Positions 57,150 to 64,000 of a DNA stretch of 64,000 nucleotides are shown here, in pieces (positions within the stretch are counted from its first letter, which is position 1; each line of letters opens with the position of its first letter). Position numbers and translations under genes: made by a program. The notes beneath the pieces were generated by a model that saw nothing but the letters and a program-made list of their open reading frames with translations, was not told the origin of the DNA and searched no databases. This stretch comes from an uncultured Planctomycetales bacterium (lineage in GTDB: Bacteria > Omnitrophota > Gorgyraeia > Gygaellales > Profunditerraquicolaceae). The stretch covers positions 69,878 to 133,877 of the forward strand of contig CAZJFL010000001.1 in NCBI GenBank assembly GCA_964545575.1, written 5' to 3'.

Positions 57150-58487
57150 TTACTCCTTTCTTATTGACATCTGTTTCCGCTTGCGCGCCAATTCCCGCTC
57201 TTTAACCGCTTGAGTTTCGGCCGCTACCTGAACAGGCGTTTTCTCACCCAAGATGATCGACTGGATCCCCTTACTCCAAGTCTCGATCACCATTGAAAAC
57301 TCCGATACGTCCCAGGCATTAGGATGGGTCACGTAATCCATTCCTCGAGCGAACAGCGCATTGATCTTGAGGCTGCTTGCCGCGCTCTGCTTGTTCGCCG
57401 GCAGGTTGTTAGTAGCACTAGACAGATAGGACTGCTGTTCCTCATCGCTAAACCAGCGCAAGAATTTTACCGCCTCTTCTTTAAATTTTCCGCGGGCATT
57501 GACCATAAAAGACGAGCCAGCCCCGCCCCAGATACTCATCGGATAGACTTCGGACGCCTTTGGCGGCAGCATGGCCGCGTAATTCAACTGCGGGTTCATC
57601 CCTTTATACACGTTCACGCACCAAGAACCATTAAAAGCAAAGACTGCCTTACCATTGGCAAATAACTGCTCGGCGGTCTTATTGATCATCGTCACGACAC
57701 CGTTGGCTAAAACTCCCGCATCCTGCATTTCTTTAAAAAGGTTCAAAACCTTTATCCAGTCCGGGTCGGTATAAGGCACCTCGCCCCTGATCGTGGCTAA
57801 AACTTTGTCTTTACCCATAATATTAAAGGCGTAATTATTCGCAAGGCAATCTATCATCCAGGCTTCGCCCCACCCGGAAACCAAGCCCTGCTTATGGGCG
57901 GCTTTGATTTTTTTGCCTATTTCTAAAAACTCCTGAAAAGTTTGCGGCGGGCGGTCAGGGTCAAGCCCTAATTCCTTAAATAAATCCTTATTATAAAGCA
58001 TCTGGATAGTCATCACATCGATGGGCACGCCGTAAATTCCCGGCTTGACGCCATAGGTATTGCTGTCGGCGAATTCATTGACTGCCAGGGCTTTGCTGAA
58101 AAGCTCGTTTTTCCATTCACCCTGCGCTTCTTCCATATAGGGCGTTAAATCTAAAATATGGCCGGCTTTCACAAAAGAAGCGAAATCCCGTTTTTCGCCT
58201 AATATGCCAAAAATATCCGGCAGGTTTTCGCCTTGCGCCGCAGCGCGCACTTTCTGGGAATAGACATCTGAAGGCGCGTAGAGCTCAAAATTAACTTTTA
58301 TTGCGGTTTGGGCTTCATATTTTTTGGCCAGCTCCTGAAAGGCCGGGTCTCTGTCGGTCATCCAGTGCCAGACTGTAAGGGTGGCGGCTTTAGTCTGCGG
58401 TTTAGGGGCACAGCCAGAGACAATGAACAATGAACAATGAACAATGAACAATAACGAAAACATGAAAGCTATTTTACGGCTGGGCAT
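57150..58487 (-). CDS. ABC transporter extracellular solute-binding protein (family 1), lipoprotein
   Basis: The signal peptide with a lipobox (VSGC) is encoded partly by a (CAATGAA)x4 heptamer array. A mature SBP fold follows. Confidence 0.8.
   Translation of the reverse strand: MPSRKIAFMFSLLFIVHCSLFIVSGCAPKPQTKAATLTVWHWMTDRDPAFQELAKKYEAQTAIKVNFELYAPSDVYSQKVRAAAQGENLPDIFGILGEKRDFASFVKAGHILDLTPYMEEAQGEWKNELFSKALAVNEFADSNTYGVKPGIYGVPIDVMTIQMLYNKDLFKELGLDPDRPPQTFQEFLEIGKKIKAAHKQGLVSGWGEAWMIDCLANNYAFNIMGKDKVLATIRGEVPYTDPDWIKVLNLFKEMQDAGVLANGVVTMINKTAEQLFANGKAVFAFNGSWCVNVYKGMNPQLNYAAMLPPKASEVYPMSIWGGAGSSFMVNARGKFKEEAVKFLRWFSDEEQQSYLSSATNNLPANKQSAASSLKINALFARGMDYVTHPNAWDVSEFSMVIETWSKGIQSIILGEKTPVQVAAETQAVKERELARKRKQMSIRKE
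58414..58447. repeat. Heptanucleotide tandem repeat (CAATGAA)x4.5 in SBP signal-peptide codons
   Basis: caatgaacaatgaacaatgaacaatgaacaataa, encoding FIVHCSLFIVHCSLFIV. Confidence 0.85.
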
Positions 58488-58593
58488 AAACCTTTTGCTC
58501 CCTTCCAGACATATTTATCTAGCGCTCCTTACCTATATATAATAGAGGTAAACACTAAAATTTAACATAATTTTAGATGCTGGTCAAGAAATT

Positions 58594-59289
58594 TTATCTT
58601 AAAGCCCTTGACAAGCCCAATAAATCCGCCCTTTCCAGATTAATTCCGCTGCGGTATTCATTGGCGCCTTGGGGCTTTGACCAGACTACCTCCCCCCGGG
58701 TGTAAAGCGGCTCATCCCTATCCGCTACTTTAAGCCATATCTCCAGACGAGCATTGGCTTTCAGTTCAGAGCTGCTCACTAAACCGATGCCCTTGGCGCT
58801 GATATCGGAAGTCTCTGCTTCTCCTTCGCGGCCGGTCTGCGCGTCCAGATACTTTACGGATAGCTTCGCCGTCATCCTCTGGAAAATCCTCCTGTCTTCC
58901 ATGGTTTCACCTCCTTCCTTTTCATCCATACCGTTCCACCACTGCCGGTGCATTTCTTTAGGGTAATGGTGGCGCATAAAGCGGTATATCTTCTCTTTAT
59001 CCTGATCGGATATCCTGGTAAAGTAAATGCCATAAATGTTATGGCCGTCTACTGGTTTGTGCCAGCCGATCCAGGCCTCCACGTGGATGATAAACGACTC
59101 GGATAAAATAATGCTTAACTTGAAAAAGGTATCCGCTGCCAGCCGCTGTGCCAGAGAAATCCTGGCGCCTTTAAAGTTTAAGTCATGGAGGGTACAGGGT
59201 ATCGCTGCTAAGGCTCCCTCCAGCTTTATTTGCGCGCGGTTATCAATTTTCCAACGGGGACATTTTCTTTTCTCGTCCATCGGTTTCAC
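58594..59289 (-). CDS. Tandem PilZ-domain protein
   Basis: Two RxxxR...D/NxSxxG-like PilZ signatures (RKCPRWKIDNRAQ...NFKGARIS and RRIFQRMTAKLS...DISAKGIGL). Confidence 0.6.
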   Translation of the reverse strand: MKPMDEKRKCPRWKIDNRAQIKLEGALAAIPCTLHDLNFKGARISLAQRLAADTFFKLSIILSESFIIHVEAWIGWHKPVDGHNIYGIYFTRISDQDKEKIYRFMRHHYPKEMHRQWWNGMDEKEGGETMEDRRIFQRMTAKLSVKYLDAQTGREGEAETSDISAKGIGLVSSSELKANARLEIWLKVADRDEPLYTRGEVVWSKPQGANEYRSGINLERADLLGLSRALR

Positions 59290-59340
59290 CTTGGCCCTTT
59301 CTTTTGATTTTAGAAACCGTTTTTATAATCTATCCGTCAT

Positions 59341-62300
59341 TTATCTGCCATATGTAAATCCCGCAATCTCTATTAATATTTGGCGCAAAATCCCTTCCCA
59401 AGGAATTAATGCAGCTACTCTAAATGGATTTTTTCCTTTATGCAAAGCGTCTTCTAGATTCCGTATAAAATTTTCCCTTTTTTGCGAATCGTCGATTCTT
59501 TCCCTTGCCACGCCTTTTATAATCCTTAAATACCGCTTCTTTTTCTGGGAGTTATAAGTTAGCCAATCGCTGATGATTCTTAATCCTATGCCCCATAGTT
59601 CCTCCCGGTATTTATGAATACTATCCGGATTTTCTCTTATCTCGGCAATAATTTTTTCTAATTTCTTATGTTGTAATTTTATAATGACCCCCGAAGCCAA
59701 TGCCCGCAGCTCATGATTAGTATGCCCTAAATAATAACTATTGAGTATATGGGAAAGGTAAGAAATATCGTCTACCTCATCAACGATTCCCGCTAAAATA
59801 TCGATTATTACCATATCTTTCTTAAATTTTTCAAAATCTACCGGCCGCAGAAAGCTTTCTAACTTACTGATAATATTTTTATCCGCCTTTCTTTGTACTA
59901 ACACCTTCTTTGCTTCCTGCCAAAGCGCCTCATTAGATCTGCTAAATGCCTCTTCCACATAGCGCAGATAATCTCCCGCTGTAAACAATAATCCTACTGT
60001 ATCACTTTCGATCTGATAAAAGAGGGGATGTAGCTGACATAATTTCTTATGCATTCTTCTTAAAGCAAGGCTGATCAGGGGTATCGTCTTATCTTGCTGC
60101 TGAGTTGTGAAAGAAGATATCTGCTTCATCATCTCTTCAATAATTCTTATCGCCTCTGTAATATTGGTTGTGATCACGGATATATTTCTGCCTTGGCCTA
60201 GATATATCTGGGGCCCTGCCTGTTTTCTTATCTCTTTAATCTTCTCTGATAATCTCTTTATTGCGATGAGGAATTCGTTCCTTTCCTCTTCATCCAACAT
60301 ATTTACTTTCTTTAACATGTTCCTTATTGAAGACTCTAAAATAATCTGTAATTTTCTTCTTGCCGAATTGCATTCGGTAATTATTTTTTTACCTAAGTCA
60401 GAGCTTTTTAAAGGCTGCTCAGCGGCAGCAAGCTCTAATAATTCAAGAAAACAATTTATCATTTCCGAAGTATGGAATAGCCTTAATGGGTGTTTTGCTA
60501 TTCTTGCCTTTAGCATGCGCGCCACAAAAACCCCTATTCTTCTTTCTTCATAATGTAATAAACCTAAACTTTTTCCGTAACCCCTTAAGCGCAGAAAACT
60601 GCCTACATAGTCAGCTAATTCTACCCGTTCCATCCCCCGTAAGATCTCTAATCCTTTCTGTGCCAGTCCAGCCATTCGGTCTGCGATAATGCCCAATTCT
60701 TCTTTAAGTCTTACCAGTGCCCGTGTTTTATGTTTTCTCTGATAACTCTTCAAAAGGGCTCTTAGGGAATGGCCGCCGAAGAACTCTATTTTTTCATCAA
60801 AATCCAGTATGGTTAAGGCGAAAGAATTTTTGCCTAACGCCTCAGTCAAGCATTCCAAAAACTTTTTCTTTACTGCCGCAGGTACTTCTGCCCATGATCT
60901 CATTTCGTCTCTTCGTACCCGCCCCAGCCAGAAGTTAAAATTATCCTCGGAAAATTTAAAGCCCAATTGCTTTTTTAACCGACTCAGGCCGTCGTTTTGG
61001 GTATCGTGTCTTTTTTGATAAGTCTCTAAAAGACGGATCAATGTTTTCCCGAGGCGGGGGATTTTTATCTTAAAATCTTTTAAAATTAGATCTTCCGGTT
61101 TCTTACCTACCTCTTCGGCTAACAGTTCCACGCAGAATATCTTTACGATGTCGGGAATCCTATCCCAAACAGTTCTTTCAGTCCTTATGTAGTATGCCCA
61201 AGCATCGAGATCCATTTCTTGGGTGAAGGTTTCGGGAAAAACTGAATGTAATAATGCCGGAAAAGAATAATCGAACAGCCGCCAAATCCCCAAAAGCCCT
61301 TCTTTCTCCAGCATCGCTCTGTTTACCTCCCTTAAAAGCGATTCTCTGTTTGTAATATCTAAATGCAGATGCTCAACGGCAACGTGCAATAACGCGGTCT
61401 TTGCTAATTCTTTATCCCAGCCTATGACGCGCGGCCCAAAATAACTAATGAACTCCCAAATATGCAGGTGCCCGCCTTCATCGGTTTTTAAATTAAATAG
61501 CCAGTAGTAATGTTCTTTCAGCATTTTATACAGCCCGCCCTTAAACGATAAAAGCATGCCGCTTAAATTCTGCTGCTGGAATAATTCCTCCCAGCCGCCT
61601 TTTTCTATGCCTTCTCTTTTAAATAGCTCTTGGAATTTTTGCGGATGCAGTAAGTCGCTAAAAGTATTCTTGGCCGGATCGTCAGGGTCGATGTTAATCA
61701 ATTTCAGATGCTTTTCAAAGAAATGCCTGACCGCCTTTTCTATCATCTGTTCATCCTGCCATATCCCTTTCTGCAAAATAAAATCCCAAGGATGCAGGTG
61801 CCCGCCCTCCGCTGTTTCCAAATCAAACGCCCATGGATAACAGGCGCGAAACGCTCCATAGAAACTCCCCCTGAATAAATTTCCCAACACGTCTCTGCCG
61901 ATTTCTTTTCTCAGAAGCTTTGACCAATCGCTGCTCTTAAGCTGTCCGGAAAACCGCTTCTGCGCCTCCCCTGTCATAAATTGGGAATTTCTGCCTTTTG
62001 CTAATTTAACTATATATTCGGGAAATAAGCGTAGGCCTATCTGTCTTAATCTTGCATCCATTTTTAAACCAAGGTGTCTTTCAAAGATATGCCTGAGATT
62101 TTTGATGGTTTTTTCTTCTTTTTCCTCGCTTTCTTTCAGGCGCACAAAATCTAAATAATGCAGGTGGAAGCCTTCCTTGGTGCTATAATCGAATGCCCAC
62201 GGATAGACCATTTCTACTGCCTCGGCGAAACTAAGGCGGTTTACCTTACCGTCGCTACGCCGCTCTCTGAATGCTAGCTTAAATTTAGCTAAAAGCTCAT

Positions 62301-64000
62301 CCAGATGCGCCACACCGGACCTGCGGCAAAGTAAATAGTGGTTTTGGTAAAAAAGGCGCCTATCTATCTTTTCACCCTGCTTCATCTCCAATTTCAGTTT
62401 TTCTTCAAAGAAATATTTTAACAATATAAGCCGATTTATCTTTCCTGCTTTGCCTACCAAGGTATTCATGGGAAACTTGGGGTTTTTGCTACGCAGCATT
62501 GTTTCATAATACTGACGAAGGGCAGGCCCGGCACATCTTATATACTCATCTGTCAATTTCTGTCTTTCTGCATCAGATTTACAAATACTCAATAAATATT
62601 CCAGCTCGGGGATTACTTCAAATAGATTACGGCCTCTGCCGCGCCAATGGACTATCTGCTTTTCCTTTTCTCTATCGATATATCGACGGTAAAATGGGCG
62701 GTACTCTGCCCCTACAAAAGTTTCCTTTATTTTTCTCTTTCCGAAAAACCTCATCACTAAATAAAATTCTATTTCATAAATATAAAAATAAACCCCGGCA
62801 GCGGTCAATAACCTGTCCCGGAAACCTTCATTTTTTAGGTAGCCAGCGATCTCCTTAGCCTGATATTTTCTGCTTAAAGCAACATCGAGAAACGGATCAA
62901 TGCCGTAATAAAGCCTGAACGCTATCATTTTTACAAATAACTCCGCATATTCTGTGGGGTTATCTTTCTTCATCTCTAACAACTCTTCCAATGCATCTAA
63001 AACCGATGCGGCATCTATGGAAAGCTCTTGCTTATTCCTTATCTGGAGGGACCCGATAAAATCTTCCCGTATCTTTTTTCGGCTGTTGCTTACCACTGAA
63101 TCCGTAACCAGCAGAAAACCAGCTAAAGCCAACTCACTTCCCGGGGGCCGCGGATGATGAAAGACAAATAATACTAAACTGAAGATAACCCAAACCGCCA
63201 GAATTACGATTAATAATCCAATCTGGGTGAAGCCTTTTGGCCCTTTCTTTAACTGTAATTTTGCGATTATCTCTAAAGCTAATTTCCTGATATCGGCATT
63301 CATATGCCCGATATAATATCTATTTAAGACATCTTTTAGTTTGGCGATATCTTGGGCATCGCTGCAAATCTCTGTCAGAATTTCAATAATCGCCATATCT
63401 TTAACGACGTATCTTTCTTCAAAAAACCCGGGGTCAAGTATGTGCATTAAACGCAGGATTAACTTCCTGTCCCCTTTTCTTAGCTTCAGTTCATTTTTAG
63501 CTGCTTCTATCAGTTTAATATTTCCCTGGCGTATAATCGAAAAGGGATCAAGACCGGCAAAACCCAATTTTACCTTAAGGTTATTTAACGCCTGCTTTAA
63601 ATTTTCATTCTTACCACGGTAACGCTGCAAAAGTCCAATCAAGCTCTGGTTTAAAGATAGTATCTGAGTTTTAAAATCCTCCGGATTTAAGCCCTCGGGT
63701 TTTTTCTTTAACTGCGTAGTTAACAATTCCACGCACCGGCGCTGCACAGAAAGAGGCACCTTGCTCCAGACAATATGCCGGCACCTCTTTAACTGCGGAA
63801 ACCAAACCGCCCAGTCCGCCTGGGAAAATAATTCATCGAATACGAAATTTAATAAAGCCGACGCAGAACAATCAAAGATTTCCCAGAGCTTAAAGACGCC
63901 TTCCTCTTTTAAGACCTCCCGGGTCATCCCTTCGGATAACGATTCTACGCTAAGCTCTAATTTCCGGTGTTTAAGCGCAATGTGCTTTACCGCCTCTTTT
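59341..64000 (-). CDS. Giant uncharacterised protein, more than 1550 aa and N-terminally truncated by the window end, with internal duplications
   Basis: The open frame continues without a stop to position 64000. It has one predicted TM helix and three roughly 110-aa repeats sharing YPWxFDxxTxEGGHLHxW(D/E)F. The N- and C-terminal regions are also homologous to each other. No family recognised. Confidence 0.6.
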   Translation of the reverse strand, partial: KEAVKHIALKHRKLELSVESLSEGMTREVLKEEGVFKLWEIFDCSASALLNFVFDELFSQADWAVWFPQLKRCRHIVWSKVPLSVQRRCVELLTTQLKKKPEGLNPEDFKTQILSLNQSLIGLLQRYRGKNENLKQALNNLKVKLGFAGLDPFSIIRQGNIKLIEAAKNELKLRKGDRKLILRLMHILDPGFFEERYVVKDMAIIEILTEICSDAQDIAKLKDVLNRYYIGHMNADIRKLALEIIAKLQLKKGPKGFTQIGLLIVILAVWVIFSLVLFVFHHPRPPGSELALAGFLLVTDSVVSNSRKKIREDFIGSLQIRNKQELSIDAASVLDALEELLEMKKDNPTEYAELFVKMIAFRLYYGIDPFLDVALSRKYQAKEIAGYLKNEGFRDRLLTAAGVYFYIYEIEFYLVMRFFGKRKIKETFVGAEYRPFYRRYIDREKEKQIVHWRGRGRNLFEVIPELEYLLSICKSDAERQKLTDEYIRCAGPALRQYYETMLRSKNPKFPMNTLVGKAGKINRLILLKYFFEEKLKLEMKQGEKIDRRLFYQNHYLLCRRSGVAHLDELLAKFKLAFRERRSDGKVNRLSFAEAVEMVYPWAFDYSTKEGFHLHYLDFVRLKESEEKEEKTIKNLRHIFERHLGLKMDARLRQIGLRLFPEYIVKLAKGRNSQFMTGEAQKRFSGQLKSSDWSKLLRKEIGRDVLGNLFRGSFYGAFRACYPWAFDLETAEGGHLHPWDFILQKGIWQDEQMIEKAVRHFFEKHLKLINIDPDDPAKNTFSDLLHPQKFQELFKREGIEKGGWEELFQQQNLSGMLLSFKGGLYKMLKEHYYWLFNLKTDEGGHLHIWEFISYFGPRVIGWDKELAKTALLHVAVEHLHLDITNRESLLREVNRAMLEKEGLLGIWRLFDYSFPALLHSVFPETFTQEMDLDAWAYYIRTERTVWDRIPDIVKIFCVELLAEEVGKKPEDLILKDFKIKIPRLGKTLIRLLETYQKRHDTQNDGLSRLKKQLGFKFSEDNFNFWLGRVRRDEMRSWAEVPAAVKKKFLECLTEALGKNSFALTILDFDEKIEFFGGHSLRALLKSYQRKHKTRALVRLKEELGIIADRMAGLAQKGLEILRGMERVELADYVGSFLRLRGYGKSLGLLHYEERRIGVFVARMLKARIAKHPLRLFHTSEMINCFLELLELAAAEQPLKSSDLGKKIITECNSARRKLQIILESSIRNMLKKVNMLDEEERNEFLIAIKRLSEKIKEIRKQAGPQIYLGQGRNISVITTNITEAIRIIEEMMKQISSFTTQQQDKTIPLISLALRRMHKKLCQLHPLFYQIESDTVGLLFTAGDYLRYVEEAFSRSNEALWQEAKKVLVQRKADKNIISKLESFLRPVDFEKFKKDMVIIDILAGIVDEVDDISYLSHILNSYYLGHTNHELRALASGVIIKLQHKKLEKIIAEIRENPDSIHKYREELWGIGLRIISDWLTYNSQKKKRYLRIIKGVARERIDDSQKRENFIRNLEDALHKGKNPFRVAALIPWEGILRQILIEIAGFTYGR

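Overview
This 64-kb window appears to come from an uncultivated anaerobic Gram-negative bacterium, judging by the TonB-dependent receptor, UppP, BirA and MnmG genes. Its gene content (archaeal-type Thi4 and ApgM, a group 3b sulfhydrogenase, COG1900 homocysteine synthesis, class II RNR, RtcB plus archease) is typical of Omnitrophota or CPR-like genomes. Every gene I can support, about 60 CDS and 7 tRNAs, lies on the minus strand, so all six-frame plus-strand ORFs are treated as shadows.

Read from high to low coordinates, the window contains:
- a partial giant repeat protein and a tandem-PilZ protein;
- a glycan-utilisation cluster (SBP, MFS, two ABC permeases, three clan GH-A hydrolases, a tandem CBM-like protein, ROK and LacI regulators);
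- nrdJ, apgM and mnmG, followed by a DUF47/PiT phosphate module and a TPP-riboswitch-controlled thi4;
- a sulfur and Fe-S locus (Rrf2, cysK, COG1900, Nfu, NIL-ferredoxin, LarE-like, NifS, NifU, birA);
- a TonB receptor, a PabB-PabC fusion, mnmA, nadA, rluA, uppP, a PfkB kinase and yqeY;
- a hydBGDA group 3b [NiFe]-hydrogenase operon with its maturation protease;
- an MFS transporter, ptsN, and two radical-SAM genes;
- a tRNA-centred island (tRNA-Arg(TCG), tRNA-Lys, archease, rtcB, serS, four tRNA-Ser isoacceptors, tRNA-Arg(ACG), tadA);
- a type II/IV secretion ATPase and a partial dnaX.

The most unusual region is the tRNA-Ser island at about 2.6-6.8 kb. A free-standing double-motif LAGLIDADG homing-endonuclease gene sits between two tRNA-Ser genes and is bracketed by a perfect 59-bp direct repeat. 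A radical-SAM/SPASM gene is bracketed by tRNA-Ser(CGA) and a diverged 42-nt copy of its 5' half. A roughly 60-nt structured element with compensatory base changes flanks two other tRNA-Ser genes. Other recurring signals are heptanucleotide tandem arrays, several inside signal-peptide coding regions and flanking a four-helix-bundle gene, and a GGGAC-N-TTCT palindromic repeat family at two intergenic sites.

Coordinates of non-coding features may be off by 1-2 nt, because all reading was done by eye.
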